Notes: generated by a model from the sequence alone, not told the origin. A stretch of DNA of 64,000 nt from Planctomycetota bacterium (GCA_046290465.1 JBKAGP010000001.1:6240001-6304000); one strand, 5' to 3'. Positions 28,755 to 39,460 are shown, counted from the stretch's first letter. Numbers and translations: made by a program.

Positions 28755-31121
28755 ATGTCGACCAACCCCGAACAACCCCAGGCCAACGAGCCTGCTCCCG
28801 AAGAGTCCTTCGACGAACTGACCGGCGTCTACGGTTGGTTCCGTCGGCACCAGAAGCTGCTGCTGTACACGGCGGGTCTGTTCACGCTGCTGACGTTCTC
28901 GATCACCGGTTCGCTGCAGGCCCTCTGGGGCAACCTCTTCAACACGGACGTCGAGCGTGGCTCGATCGAGGTCAACGGCGAGCGCGCCGACCTGACCGCC
29001 GAGGACTACGAAGTCGGCAACCAGGTCGCGCGCAGCATGCGCAACCTGCCGGGCGGGGTGCTGCTGCCGATCACGGCAGGTGAGGGCGGCGACAGCGAAC
29101 TCGGCGAAGTGTTCGCGATCCTGCGTCGCGCCGCGATCGAAGAGGGCTTCGAGGCGTCGCTGACCGAGGTCGACCGGGCGATCGAGGTCACCCGCGAGCT
29201 CTACAAGCTCGAGTCGGCCGCCAAGCTGGCGCAGCGCGCCGGCTTCTCGTCGACGCAGGAATACCGGCTGGTCGTCGCCGAGGCGATGCGCATCGGCACC
29301 TACCAGCGCCTGCAGGTGCTGGCCGCCGACACGTCCGACGCCGAGGTGATGCGCAAGGTGCTGCGCAACCAGAAGAAGGCCGCCTACAAGGTCGCCGTCT
29401 GGGACGCCGAGAAGCGCCAGGAGAAGATGATCGAGGAGTCGAAGCTCACCGACGAAGAACTCAACGAGTGGCTCGACGAGAAGACCGAGGCCGAGAAGCG
29501 CCGCATGCAGGTGTTCGACCTGCCGCAGGTCAAGCTGCGCATCGGCGGCGTGCTGCTCGCCGAGGGCGAGTTCGACGCCGCGCAGTGGGCGGACACGGTG
29601 CTGAAGGACTACGAGGCCAAGGAGGCCCAGCTGCGGTCGATCTACAACGCCGACCTCGAGCGCTGGAAGAGCCCGGACTCCGACGAGACGCGCGCCTTCG
29701 AGGACGCCGACGTGCAGGCGGAGCTCGAGAAGATCGCCAAGGCCGAGTTCGTGCTCAACGACATCCTGACCAAGATGCGCGAAGCGCTGAACGAGAAGGT
29801 CAAGCCGTTCCTCGACAAGCAGACCGAGGCCCAGACGGACCTGACCAACGCCGAGCAGTCGCGCGGCACGACGCTGCAGGAGAAGATCACCAAGGAGAAC
29901 GTGCTGGCCGAGAAGGAGGCGCAGCTCGCCGAGAAGCCGGACGATGCCGACCTGAAGGCGGCCGTCGAGACCGCCAAGGCGGAGGCGACGCAGGCCGCCG
30001 ACACGGACTTTCAGGAGGAGCAGCGCGTGCAGCAGATGCAGGCGAGCTTCGACAGCGCCAAGGCCGACGTGACCCGCGCCAAGGTCGACTGGGGCTTCGA
30101 CGAGAAGTTCAACGAGCTGACCGAGGGCAAGACCGGCTTCCACCTGAAGCAGACCGAGAAGCTGCTGACGTCGGAGGAGCTGTCGGACCTCGACGAGCTC
30201 GGCCTCGACTTCGGTTCGTGGCCGCAGGCCACGGTCGCGACGACCGTGCGTGAGATCGGCAACCTCGGCTTCGGCATCAGCCGCACCAGCAAGGGCGCGA
30301 TCCTCTACCAGGTGACCGAGGCCGAGCTGACCCCGCTCAAGCCGTGGGAGGACCTGAAGCCGCTGATCGAGGAGGCCTACTACTCGAAGAAGGCGACCGA
30401 CGAGGTCATCGCCAAGGACAAGGAGATGAAGGAGACGCTCCGTCGCCTGGCGAAGGAGCAGATGCCCGACTTCGTCAAGGAGAAGGAGGACGGTCGCCAG
30501 GCTCGCATCGACGAGCAGGTCGCCGAGTGGCAGGCCGAGGTCCAGGCCGAGATCGCCAAGGCCGAGAAGACGCTGCAGACGCCGGGCCTCGGTGGCCGGG
30601 CCAAGCAGATCTGGGACAGCCGCCTCGCCGAGAAGAAGGCCGAACTCGAGAACCGCGCCAGCAAGGTCACGGCGATCGAGAAGGAGGTCGACGTCGCGAT
30701 CAAGGCCGAGATCGGCGCCGAGGCGCTGAAGCACTACGGCAAGGTGCTCGACGCCGCCGCCAGCGAGCTCGGCTACGAGGTCCTGGAGATCGGCCCGCTG
30801 CCGCAGAAGCTGTCGTCGCGGCCGCGCTTCGCGCAGGACTACGACAAGTCGACGCGCTACGTGTTCTCGTTCCACAACGACATGGAGGAAGGCGACGCGA
30901 TCGGCCCGGTCTACCAGGACCGTTCGTCGCACGTGATCGTGTGCACTTCGGTCGCGCCGCTGGAGCCGAGCGACATCACCCGTCGCGAGTTCGAGACGCT
31001 GCGCAAGAACTTCGCCGTGCGGCAGATGGGCGGCGTGATGGCCTCGTCGTTCACGCAGGAGGCGCTGGCCGAGCGCTACCACCTCGAGAAGCCGGTCGGC
31101 GAGGTCACCGACCCGCAGTAA
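28755..31121 (+). CDS. Large membrane-anchored helical/coiled-coil protein, possibly SurA/PpiD chaperone-like
   Basis: N-terminal WFRRHQK plus a TM helix, as in PpiD-like proteins. Charged helical body with strong host-like codon usage. Confidence 0.55.
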   Translation: MSTNPEQPQANEPAPEESFDELTGVYGWFRRHQKLLLYTAGLFTLLTFSITGSLQALWGNLFNTDVERGSIEVNGERADLTAEDYEVGNQVARSMRNLPGGVLLPITAGEGGDSELGEVFAILRRAAIEEGFEASLTEVDRAIEVTRELYKLESAAKLAQRAGFSSTQEYRLVVAEAMRIGTYQRLQVLAADTSDAEVMRKVLRNQKKAAYKVAVWDAEKRQEKMIEESKLTDEELNEWLDEKTEAEKRRMQVFDLPQVKLRIGGVLLAEGEFDAAQWADTVLKDYEAKEAQLRSIYNADLERWKSPDSDETRAFEDADVQAELEKIAKAEFVLNDILTKMREALNEKVKPFLDKQTEAQTDLTNAEQSRGTTLQEKITKENVLAEKEAQLAEKPDDADLKAAVETAKAEATQAADTDFQEEQRVQQMQASFDSAKADVTRAKVDWGFDEKFNELTEGKTGFHLKQTEKLLTSEELSDLDELGLDFGSWPQATVATTVREIGNLGFGISRTSKGAILYQVTEAELTPLKPWEDLKPLIEEAYYSKKATDEVIAKDKEMKETLRRLAKEQMPDFVKEKEDGRQARIDEQVAEWQAEVQAEIAKAEKTLQTPGLGGRAKQIWDSRLAEKKAELENRASKVTAIEKEVDVAIKAEIGAEALKHYGKVLDAAASELGYEVLEIGPLPQKLSSRPRFAQDYDKSTRYVFSFHNDMEEGDAIGPVYQDRSSHVIVCTSVAPLEPSDITRREFETLRKNFAVRQMGGVMASSFTQEALAERYHLEKPVGEVTDPQ

Positions 31122-31232
31122 AGGCCGGCCGGAAGGCCGGCCGGCGGCAGGCTCGCCGCCGGGAGCCGCGCCTGCCGACGGCAGGGCTCGCGGCCCGCAG
31201 CAGCGCCCGACCCGGCGGCGCCCGCGGGCGCG

Positions 31233-32141
31233 CTACGCGCGCGGCTCCGCGACGACGATGATCTCGTCGTGCGGGTTGATGTAGACGTTGCAGGGCTTCA
31301 GCAGCCCCAGCGGCTTGGCGAGCAGGCCCGGGATCGTGCCCAGGCGCCCGGCGCGTTCGGCCAGAAAGCCGAACGACACGTACTTGCCGGCGAACTTCGA
31401 GCCGCAAGCGAGCACGTCGAACCCGCAGTCGTCGAGCAGCCGCCGGATCGTCTGCGGATCGAAGTGGTAGAGGTGCTCGTCGTGCTTGTAGTGGTGCCAG
31501 GCCTTGCCCATCTTGCCGGCAAAGCGGGATGCGACGTTCTGGGTCTCGAGCAGCAGCTTGCCGCCCGGCTTGATCATGCGCTTGATGCTGGCGAGCAGAC
31601 CCTGGGGCTCGGGCACGTGCTCGATCACGTCCCAGATGGTCACCAGGTCGAACGTGTGGTCGTCCCAGCCGCGCGCCTCGATGCAGTCGTCGAGGAAGCC
31701 GTGGAACACGCGGTCGTCGCCGAGCGCCGCGATCGCCTCCCTGGCGATCGCCTCCGACAGTTCGACGCCGTGCACGTCGTGGCCGTGCTGCTGTGCGACG
31801 CGCAGGAAGTAGCCGGCGGCGCAGCCGACGTCGAGGATGCGGCCGTTCTCGGGCAGCCACTTCGACACCAGCTTCATGCGCTTCTTGTAGGTCTTCAGGT
31901 AGAGCTTCGACTCGGACGCGTAGTCGGCGTAGCCGCGGTCCTTCGGGTTGTCGCTCTTCCAGTAGCTCTCGTTGTAGACGTCGAGCAGCGCCTGGCCCGA
32001 CAGCCGCGGCGACACGTAGACGAGGCCGCAGTCGCTGCAGGTGTAGAGCGTGAAGCCCTTGTCCTCGAACTTCACGGTGCGCTGCTCGCTGCCACAGACC
32101 TGGCAGCGGGTGATGTGCTCGACGTCGCTCACTGCGCTCAC
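31233..32141 (-). CDS. Class I SAM-dependent methyltransferase with an N-terminal Zn-binding motif
   Basis: CQVC...CSDCG, ILDVGCAAG, DVIEHV and EHLYHF. GTG start overlaps the upstream stop. Confidence 0.88.
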   Translation of the reverse strand: MSAVSDVEHITRCQVCGSEQRTVKFEDKGFTLYTCSDCGLVYVSPRLSGQALLDVYNESYWKSDNPKDRGYADYASESKLYLKTYKKRMKLVSKWLPENGRILDVGCAAGYFLRVAQQHGHDVHGVELSEAIAREAIAALGDDRVFHGFLDDCIEARGWDDHTFDLVTIWDVIEHVPEPQGLLASIKRMIKPGGKLLLETQNVASRFAGKMGKAWHHYKHDEHLYHFDPQTIRRLLDDCGFDVLACGSKFAGKYVSFGFLAERAGRLGTIPGLLAKPLGLLKPCNVYINPHDEIIVVAEPRA

Positions 32142-32893
32142 GCCTTCTGGACCTCGGCCTTCGGGATCGGCGCGCCCCGTTCGAGGAACCGCTTGCGACA
32201 GATCGTGCGGAACATCTTGAACGCGAGCTTCGCCTGGCGGGAGAACGTGTCGCTGTGCTTGCTCTCGCCGCCCATGCGGCTGCCGTAGCTGACCGGCACC
32301 TCGATGACCCGGCAGCGGGCCTGCAGCGCGGCGCACATCATCTCCGGGGAGAAGGCCGGGCCCGGCTCGCGGGTGCGTTCGCGCACCTTGTGCCAGGTCT
32401 CGCGGTCGAGCGCGCGGAACGTGCAGCCGACGTCGGTGAAGCGAGGCTCCGAAGGCCGCATCCAGCACAGCTGCAGGAACTTGGCCATGAACACGTTGCC
32501 CCAGCGCAGCAGGAACCGCATGTTCGCGCCCTGTTCGACCATCTGCCGCGTGGTGCGGGTGCCCATCACCATGCCGGCGTCCTCGAGGTAGCACAGCAGC
32601 TTGACGACGTCCTTGGCGCGGAAGCTGCCGTCGGCCTCGACCAGCACCAGCAGGTCGCCCTTGGCGGCGTTCATGCCGGCGGTCAGCGCCGCGCCGTAGC
32701 CCGGCTGCGACTCCTGGACGACGGTCGCGCCGGCCGCCGCGGCGAGCGCCGCAGTGCGGTCCTTGCAGTTGTTGTCGACGACGACGATCTCGTCGAGGTG
32801 GGGCTCCTGGCGGAACTCCTCCACGACCTCGGCAATCGTCTCTTCCTCGTTGTAGGCAGGAATGACGAGCGAGACGGTCCGATCGCGGAACAT
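32138..32893 (-). CDS. Glycosyltransferase family 2 (polyprenol-phosphate glycosyltransferase-like)
   Basis: Motifs VIPAYNEE, VVDN, GYGAA, EADGS, TDVGC.FR and EVPVSY. Confidence 0.9.
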   Translation of the reverse strand: MFRDRTVSLVIPAYNEEETIAEVVEEFRQEPHLDEIVVVDNNCKDRTAALAAAAGATVVQESQPGYGAALTAGMNAAKGDLLVLVEADGSFRAKDVVKLLCYLEDAGMVMGTRTTRQMVEQGANMRFLLRWGNVFMAKFLQLCWMRPSEPRFTDVGCTFRALDRETWHKVRERTREPGPAFSPEMMCAALQARCRVIEVPVSYGSRMGGESKHSDTFSRQAKLAFKMFRTICRKRFLERGAPIPKAEVQKA

Positions 32894-33078
32894 GGGGCGA
32901 ACCAGGATACCCGCGGCCGCATGCGATGGGGGCGTCGTTTCCAACTTGGTCCCGGCCTGCGACCGGCCCAAAACCGTGGATTGACCGGCCGTTACGATGG
33001 CCTTCACGGGCCCGATCGGCCTGAACCGGCAGCGCGCTTTTGTCGTTGCCGGCGCAGCCCCCTATCCTCGAAGCCGCA

Positions 33079-34890
33079 ATGTCCAAGACCTCCTCCCTCC
33101 TCCTCGCCTCGATGCTGTTGGCGCCGTGTGCGTTCGCCCAGCAAGACCACGGCGCTCCACAGCGCAAGAAGGGCACGATCTACAAGCACCAGGTCGACGG
33201 CCTGATCGGCGCGCTGCGCTCGACCGCGCGCCGCGGCGAGGCCAGCGCGGCTGCCGAGGGGGTGCTCGGCTGTGACGTGCTGTCGACGGCGAAGATCCTG
33301 GTCGCGATGGGGCATTGCCATCGCCGCTACCACATCAGTGACGGCCCGGTCGTGCGCCCGTCGCTCGACTACCTGCTGCAGAACCGTCGCTCGAACGGCG
33401 GCTTCGGCGACGCGCAGACGACCCGCTGGGTCGTCGACGCGATGCGGATCCTGAACCCCGATGGCTACGCCGAGGACATCCGCGCCTGCGAGCGCTGGCT
33501 CGCCGGCCAGGACGCCAAGGTCGCGTCGTTCGAGGGCATGGTGCACGGCCTGCTCGAGGACGTGCGCGCCGACCGCTATCCCGAGCACATGGGCAGCGCC
33601 GCCAAGAAGCTCGCCGACGGCTGGATCGCCGCGCCGGCGGGCCTCGATCGCAAGCAGGCCGCCGATGCGCTGTGCAAGCTGGCTGCCTGCCAGCGGGCCA
33701 ACCGGCTGATGGACGAGACGGTCGCGCAGGACGTCGTGGCGACCTGGTCCGACTCGCAGCAGAAGGCGTTCGCCTGGCTGTTCACGCAGCAGAAGGGCGG
33801 GGTGTTCTCGGTCACGATGCCCGTCAAGAACGACAAGGGCGAGACCGTGATGCGTTCGTTCCCCGATCCGGCGTTCACCGGCTTCGGCCTGATGGCCCTG
33901 CAGAGCAAGCCCAAGGCGAAGCGCACCGCCGCCGAGCAGCAGGTGATCGACGACGGCCTCGCGTGGCTGCTGACGCAGCAGAACGAGGACGGCACGTTCG
34001 GCCAGCAGGTCACCAACTACACGACCTGTGTGGTGGTCGGCGCGCTGTCGCGCTGGGAGAGCCCGAAGAAGGCGCCGGTGCTGAAGAAGGCGCAGAAGGC
34101 GATCCTGATGTTCCAGAACACCGAGTCGGGTGGCTATTCGCCGAGCGACCGGGACTACGGCTCGATCGGCTACGGCAACAGCCAGCGCGGCGACCTCAGC
34201 AACCTGCACTTCTCGCTCGGCGCGCTGCGCGAGACCGGCCTGCCGGAGGACCACGAGGCGCTCAAGAAGGCGATCGTGTTCTTGCAGCGCACGCAGAACC
34301 TGAAGTCGAGCAACGACTTCGCCGGCCGCGTGCCGCACCCTTCGAAGGAAGGCGAGACCCTCGAGGTCAAGTCGGGCGACGACGGCGGCGCGACCTACTA
34401 CCCGGGCAACAGCAACGCCGGCTACCAGATCAACCCGGACGGCACCGCGGTCGCGCGCAGCTACGGGTCGATGACCTACGCGCTGCTGAAGTCCTACACG
34501 CTGGCCGGCCTGAAGGGCGACGACCCGCGCGTGCAGGCGGCGGTCAAGTGGATCCAGGAGAACTGGACGCTCGCGATCAACCCGGGCTCCGACCCGGCGC
34601 TCGGCGAGAAGACCAAGTACGCGGGCCTGTTCTACTACTACATGGTGCTCGCCCAGGCGCTGGATGCGGCGGGCATCGACACCGTCAACCAGATCGACAA
34701 GCGCACGATCGGCAACAGCGGCAGCATGACGATGAAGCCGATCGACTGGCGCAAGGCGCTGCGCGCGCACCTGGCCAGGATCCAGCAGCCGGACGGCACC
34801 TGGGTCAACGGCAAGAACGGCCGCTGGATGGAGAACCTGCCGCTGCTCTGCACGTGCTACGCGATGGCGGCGCTGGAGCACTGCAAGTGA
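33079..34890 (+). CDS. Secreted prenyltransferase/squalene-oxidase-repeat (alpha-alpha barrel) protein
   Basis: Signal peptide ending AFA. QW-like repeats WLLTQQNEDGTF and LARIQQPDGTW; DLSN. Confidence 0.8.
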   Translation: MSKTSSLLLASMLLAPCAFAQQDHGAPQRKKGTIYKHQVDGLIGALRSTARRGEASAAAEGVLGCDVLSTAKILVAMGHCHRRYHISDGPVVRPSLDYLLQNRRSNGGFGDAQTTRWVVDAMRILNPDGYAEDIRACERWLAGQDAKVASFEGMVHGLLEDVRADRYPEHMGSAAKKLADGWIAAPAGLDRKQAADALCKLAACQRANRLMDETVAQDVVATWSDSQQKAFAWLFTQQKGGVFSVTMPVKNDKGETVMRSFPDPAFTGFGLMALQSKPKAKRTAAEQQVIDDGLAWLLTQQNEDGTFGQQVTNYTTCVVVGALSRWESPKKAPVLKKAQKAILMFQNTESGGYSPSDRDYGSIGYGNSQRGDLSNLHFSLGALRETGLPEDHEALKKAIVFLQRTQNLKSSNDFAGRVPHPSKEGETLEVKSGDDGGATYYPGNSNAGYQINPDGTAVARSYGSMTYALLKSYTLAGLKGDDPRVQAAVKWIQENWTLAINPGSDPALGEKTKYAGLFYYYMVLAQALDAAGIDTVNQIDKRTIGNSGSMTMKPIDWRKALRAHLARIQQPDGTWVNGKNGRWMENLPLLCTCYAMAALEHCK

Positions 34891-35786
34891 GCGAAGCTGC
34901 GGCGCTGCCGACGCGCCAGGCGTGGTTCCGCTTCGAGCAGGACGGGGCCGCGCGCGTCGGCGCGATCGATGCGACCGGTGACGCGCCGCACTGGTTCGAC
35001 CTCGGCGTGCTCGACGTGGTGGCGCTGCTGCACGAAGGTGCGCTGCAGCGCGACGACCTGAAGGCGCGCATCGACGCGGCGCCGACGATGGCCGCGCCAG
35101 AGGCGCGCAACGCGTGGCGCTGGCTGCCGCCGGTGCCGCGCGGCGGCAAGATCCTGTGCCTCGCGAAGAACTACCTGAAGCACGCGCGCGAGTTCGGCGC
35201 CGAGGCGCCCGCGGAGCCGATCTTCTTCGCCAAGCTGCCGGACACGCTGGTCGCGCACGGCGACGACGTCGTGATTCCGTCGTGGCTCGAGACCCGCGTC
35301 GACCACGAGGCCGAACTCGGCCTGATCCTGGGCTTCTCCGATCCGGGCGCGCGCGGCCGCAAGGACGTCGCCGAGGCGGAGGCCCGTTCGCTGGTCGCCG
35401 GCTACACGGTCGTCAACGACGTCACCGCCCGCAAGCTGCAGGGCCAGGACCGCGACCAGAAGTATCCGTGGCTGCGCGCCAAGGCGATCGACACGTTCTG
35501 CCCGGCCGGCCCGTTCGTGGTCCCGGCCGATGCCGTCGACGGCGCCGACCTGCGCGTCGTGATGCGGGTCAACGGCGAGGTCCGCCAGGACGCGCGCACC
35601 CGCGAGATGGTGTTCTCGATCGAGCAGGCGCTGCACGCGATGTCGCGCGTAACCACCCTGCGTCCTGGCGACCTGATCGCGATGGGCACCCCCGAGGGCG
35701 TCTCCGCCGTGCACCCCGGCGACGACATGCAGGTCACCATCGAGTCCCTCGGCACCCTCCAGAACCCCGTCACCCGCCAACCCTGA
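34887..35786 (+). CDS. Fumarylacetoacetate hydrolase family protein
   Basis: Motifs KILC.AKNY..H, FFAK, DHEAEL, NDVTAR, K..DTF and GTPEG. Confidence 0.92.
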   Translation: MSEAAALPTRQAWFRFEQDGAARVGAIDATGDAPHWFDLGVLDVVALLHEGALQRDDLKARIDAAPTMAAPEARNAWRWLPPVPRGGKILCLAKNYLKHAREFGAEAPAEPIFFAKLPDTLVAHGDDVVIPSWLETRVDHEAELGLILGFSDPGARGRKDVAEAEARSLVAGYTVVNDVTARKLQGQDRDQKYPWLRAKAIDTFCPAGPFVVPADAVDGADLRVVMRVNGEVRQDARTREMVFSIEQALHAMSRVTTLRPGDLIAMGTPEGVSAVHPGDDMQVTIESLGTLQNPVTRQP

Positions 35787-35792
35787 GTTGCC

Positions 35793-35820
35793 GTACGGTA
35801 CGCGGTTCATCCTCCAACTT
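35793..35820. repeat. 28-bp dispersed repeat, reverse complement of 57290-57317
   Basis: gtacggtacgcggttcatcctccaactt is the exact reverse complement of aagttggaggatgaaccgcgtaccgtac. Confidence 0.9.
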
Positions 35821-35902
35821 TCGAAGAACGCCCCGGGCCACGGCCCTTGCCCCGCCCCGGGGTCGCGACGCACAGGCCGTCGGCAGGTTCGTCCTGCTCC
35901 CG

Positions 35903-35936
35903 GAACGGAACGAACGGAACGAACGGAACGAACGGA
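35903..35936. repeat. 9-bp tandem repeat (gaacggaac), about 3.8 copies
   Basis: Directly downstream of the Kelch gene stop, between convergent genes. Confidence 0.9.
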
Positions 35937-35940
35937 CCGG

Positions 35941-37488
35941 TCAGAAGCGGAGGGTCTCGACCGTGTCCAGGGTGGTGGTGGCGCCCTGGCCGCCGAACAG
36001 CAGCAGGGTGCCGTCGGGTAGCACGTCGGCGACGTGGCTCGCACGCGGGCCGGTCAGGGCGGGGGCGCTCGACCAGCTGTTGGAGACGGGGTCGAAGACG
36101 TCGACGTCGGCGATCGAGACCGGCGTCGTCAGCGTGCCCTGGGCGCCGCCGGCGGCGACGACGCGACCATCGAGCAGCACCGTCGCGCTGTGCAGCGCGC
36201 GCGCGTTGGGCATGTTGACCGTCTGCCACGAGTTGGTCGCGGCGCTGTAGACCTCGGCGCCGCTGATCGGCGCGGCGTTGGGCGCGCCGAGCAGGCTCGG
36301 AACGTTGACGCCGCCGGTCAGCAGCACGCGGCCGTCGTTGAGTCGGACCTGGTTGTACTGGTGGCCGGCCCGACCCTGCGCCATGTTCGGGCCGTTGCTC
36401 CAGCTGCCGCTGCCCGCGCTCCAGCGCTGCACCGCGTTGGTGCTGACCGCCGCGATCGGGATGCCGAAGAAGAACGTCACCTCGACGCCGCCGGAGACCA
36501 TCACCTGGTTGTTGGGCAGCAGCGACAGCGCCGGCGCCAGGCGGCGGCCGCCGATGCCGGCGGTGCCCGACCACGTGCCGGTCGACGGATCGTAGATCTC
36601 GGCCGATCCGAGCGTCGCGGTGATCGCCGCGGTGACGTCCGGCGTCAGCGTCGAGGTGCCGCCGGCGACCATCACGCGACCGTCGGCGAGCCTGGCGGCG
36701 CCGAACAGGATGCGCGGCGTGCTCATGCTGCCGGTTGCCGAGAAGCTGCCGGTGGCCGGATCGTAGATCTCGCACGAGCCGAGCACGGTGCCGTTCTGGT
36801 CGGCGCCGCCGATCAGCAGCGTGCGGCCGTCGTCGAGGCGAACGGCCGAGTGCAGCGCGCGCGCGGTCGTCATCGCCGGGCCCGGTTGGCGCAGCATGCG
36901 GCGGAAGTCCCACCGTTCGGTCGAGCTGAGCCCGGTGGCACCGGTCAGCGTGCCGGCGCCGCCGCCGCTGACCAGCACGTCGTAGCCGCTCGCGTTGTTG
37001 TCGTCGTCGACCAGCGCGGCCGAGAACGCGCGCGAGAACGCCAGCGTGCTGGGCGACAGCACGCCGGTGTCCGGCGTTCCGGTCAGCGTGACCACGTCGT
37101 TGCCGAGTTCGCCGAAGAAGCTCGCGCCGAGGGCGACCTCGATCGCCTGCCAGTGCAGCTCGACGCCGCTGAACGACGGGTTGTTCGGGATCGTGACCGA
37201 GTAGGCGGCCGTTCCGGTGGCGTCGGTCACCAGCGGTGCGGCCAGCGACAGCAGGTCGGTGCCGACCGACATCGCGCGCAGATCGCTCGGATCGACCAGC
37301 GTCAGCGGCGTCGGGCCGAACGTGTTGGACGGCACCAGCAGCAGGATCGACTGTGGCGGTGCGCCGACGATCTCGAGGTCGATCGGGTCGCCCAGGCGCG
37401 CGGCGCTGCGCTTCTCGAGGTCGAAGTCGAACTGCGCAGAGACCGGCGCGGTGCAGAGGGCGAGAGACAGGAGGTGGCGGAGCTTCAT
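35941..37488 (-). CDS. Secreted Kelch-repeat beta-propeller protein
   Basis: Signal peptide. Repeated R..H.A..L.DGRV...GG and EIYDP.TG.W units. Confidence 0.88.
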   Translation of the reverse strand: MKLRHLLSLALCTAPVSAQFDFDLEKRSAARLGDPIDLEIVGAPPQSILLLVPSNTFGPTPLTLVDPSDLRAMSVGTDLLSLAAPLVTDATGTAAYSVTIPNNPSFSGVELHWQAIEVALGASFFGELGNDVVTLTGTPDTGVLSPSTLAFSRAFSAALVDDDNNASGYDVLVSGGGAGTLTGATGLSSTERWDFRRMLRQPGPAMTTARALHSAVRLDDGRTLLIGGADQNGTVLGSCEIYDPATGSFSATGSMSTPRILFGAARLADGRVMVAGGTSTLTPDVTAAITATLGSAEIYDPSTGTWSGTAGIGGRRLAPALSLLPNNQVMVSGGVEVTFFFGIPIAAVSTNAVQRWSAGSGSWSNGPNMAQGRAGHQYNQVRLNDGRVLLTGGVNVPSLLGAPNAAPISGAEVYSAATNSWQTVNMPNARALHSATVLLDGRVVAAGGAQGTLTTPVSIADVDVFDPVSNSWSSAPALTGPRASHVADVLPDGTLLLFGGQGATTTLDTVETLRF

Positions 37489-37602
37489 GCGGCTGTGGAT
37501 CGGTCCGTGGGGGGACCGGGACATGGTACTGCGGAAAACCCTGTCGTGTTCGTGCTCAAGCGCTCGGCAGCTCGTCCGAGAATGAGAACGGAGGAGCTGG
37601 CG

Positions 37603-38112
37603 ATGTCGGATCCATTGAGCAACGCAGCATCGGTCGGTCCCGTCGGCGGGTTCCCGGGCCATAGCCGTCACGACGTGCCGAAGCGGCGCACCGGAACAGG
37701 GGCGCAGCCGCAGGCCGAACCCGGGGGCACCGACGAGGTCACGCTGCACCCGCCCGAGACGATCGCGCGGCGGCTGCTGCGCGAACGGGTGCTCTACCGC
37801 ACCCGGCAGCGCCTCGAGCTGCGCGACGGCGAGTTCGTGCCGTCGTTCGCCGAGGCGGTCGACGCCGAGCCGATTGCGGCGTTCCTCGGCCGCCTGCTCG
37901 GGGCCCAGAACCAGCTCGCCGCGCTGCGCACCGTCCAGCTGTCGCAGCCCGAACTGCGCAGCCGCCTCGACCTGGCGCTGCGCGAAGGCACCGCCGAGGT
38001 CGTCGAGATGCTGTCGCGCGACGGCGACGACGCGCACGCGCTGGCCGCCGTCGAAGTGGTCGCCGAGGTGCTCGCCGAATACGCCCGCCGCCTGACCGAC
38101 CTGACCACCTGA
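37603..38112 (+). CDS. Hypothetical helical protein
   Basis: GGAGGAG RBS before ATG 37603; host-like codon usage. Confidence 0.7.
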   Translation: MSDPLSNAASVGPVGGFPGHSRHDVPKRRTGTGAQPQAEPGGTDEVTLHPPETIARRLLRERVLYRTRQRLELRDGEFVPSFAEAVDAEPIAAFLGRLLGAQNQLAALRTVQLSQPELRSRLDLALREGTAEVVEMLSRDGDDAHALAAVEVVAEVLAEYARRLTDLTT

Positions 38113-38184
38113 CGGACCTGACCACCTGACGGACCTGACCACCTGACGGACCTGACCACCGGACCGGCCTGACCACCGGACCGG
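38100..38184. repeat. 17-bp tandem repeat: cctgaccacctgacgga x3, then cctgaccaccggaccgg x2
   Basis: Units at 38100, 38117, 38134, 38151 and 38168. The first unit contains the TGA stop of the upstream gene. Confidence 0.95.
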
Positions 38185-38242
38185 TCCGAGCGTCTGGTTC
38201 CGGGACGAACCTCACGGACCGAGCCGCGGCGCCGGTCGCCGT

Positions 38243-39460
38243 TCAGCCGCCGTCGACGTGCTCCGGGTCGTCGAGCACCAGGTCCTCGTCGCGCGCCTCG
38301 AGGAACCCCTCGGGCAGCGAAACCTGCTGGGTCTTGCCGTCCTTGCAGCGGCGCGCGCGCAGCCCGGCCATCGGATACGGCAGGTCGCGCGGCAGGTCCT
38401 GCAGCAGGTCGTCAAGCTCGTCGAGCGTCTTGACCAGGTGCAGAGCCGGCAGCTTCTTCTTGGTGCCCGGAAACCCCTTCAGGTACCACCCGGTGAACTT
38501 GCGGATCTGCTGCAGGCCGTGCTTCTCGCCGAAGAACTGCGCCAGCAGCCGGGCATGCGCCGACATCGTGTCGAGCACGCCGCCGAGGTCGGGTGGCGGC
38601 GGCGGCTCGTTGCCGGTCAGCACCGCGCACAGCTCGCCAAACAACCACGGTCGGCCGAGGCAGCCGCGGCCGACGACGACGCCATCGCAGCCGGTCTGCC
38701 GGATCATCCGGATCGCATCCCACGGCTCGAAGATGTCGCCGTTGCCGAGTACCGGGATCGTCGTCACGTGCTGCTTCAGCTCGGTGATCGCATCCCAGTC
38801 GGCCTTGCCCGAATACAGCTGCGCGGCAGTGCGCGCGTGCAGGGCGACCGCGCGCGCGCCCTCCTGTTCGCCGATGCGGCCCGCATCGAGGAACGTCAAC
38901 AGCTCGTCGTCGATGCCCTTGCGGAACTTGATCGTCACCGGCACGTCGCCGGCGCTCTTGACCACGCTGTGCACGATCTTCTGCAGCAGCCGCGGCTTGA
39001 CCGGGATCGCCGAGCCGCCGCCCGCCGCGGTCACCTTACGCACCGGGCAGCCGAAGTTCATGTCGATGTGGTGCACACCCCATTCCTCGGCCAGCACCTT
39101 GGTCGCCTGCGCCAGCGTCTCCGGGTTGGTGCCGTAGAGCTGGATGCTGCGGCGGCTCTTCTCGTCCTCGCCGAAGCTCGCCAGCTGCAGGGTGCGCGCG
39201 TGCCCCTCGACGAACGCACGCGCGGTGATCATCTCGCTGACGTAGAGGCAGCGGTCCTGTGAGAACCGACGGCACAGCGAACGGAATGGCGCGTTGGTGA
39301 TGCCCGCCATCGGCGCGAGCACGACGGGGGGATCGACGACGAGGTCGCCGATCTGCAGCGGCGCGACTTCGCCCGGCTGCGCGACCGCGACCCCGGCGTT
39401 CTCTTCGCTGCGGAGCGCCTCGCGAGGCGCCGCTTCATCGGGTGGGTCCGCTGCTGCCAA
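38243..39460 (-). CDS. dusB: tRNA-dihydrouridine synthase DusB
   Basis: Motifs LAPMAG, SEM, IDMNFGCP, HART, GNGDI and GRG..G.PW. Start uncertain. Confidence 0.92.
   Translation of the reverse strand: MAAADPPDEAAPREALRSEENAGVAVAQPGEVAPLQIGDLVVDPPVVLAPMAGITNAPFRSLCRRFSQDRCLYVSEMITARAFVEGHARTLQLASFGEDEKSRRSIQLYGTNPETLAQATKVLAEEWGVHHIDMNFGCPVRKVTAAGGGSAIPVKPRLLQKIVHSVVKSAGDVPVTIKFRKGIDDELLTFLDAGRIGEQEGARAVALHARTAAQLYSGKADWDAITELKQHVTTIPVLGNGDIFEPWDAIRMIRQTGCDGVVVGRGCLGRPWLFGELCAVLTGNEPPPPPDLGGVLDTMSAHARLLAQFFGEKHGLQQIRKFTGWYLKGFPGTKKKLPALHLVKTLDELDDLLQDLPRDLPYPMAGLRARRCKDGKTQQVSLPEGFLEARDEDLVLDDPEHVDGG

Noticed and set aside
33079..34890. Squalene-hopene or oxidosqualene cyclase
   Set aside because: It has QW-like repeats but no DXDD/DCTAE motif, and it carries a signal peptide. 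It fits the generic prenyltransferase-like barrel family better.
38100..38184. Possible CRISPR array (also considered at 1396 and 40220)
   Set aside because: The units are contiguous with no unique spacers, are only 15-17 bp long, and there are no cas genes in the window.
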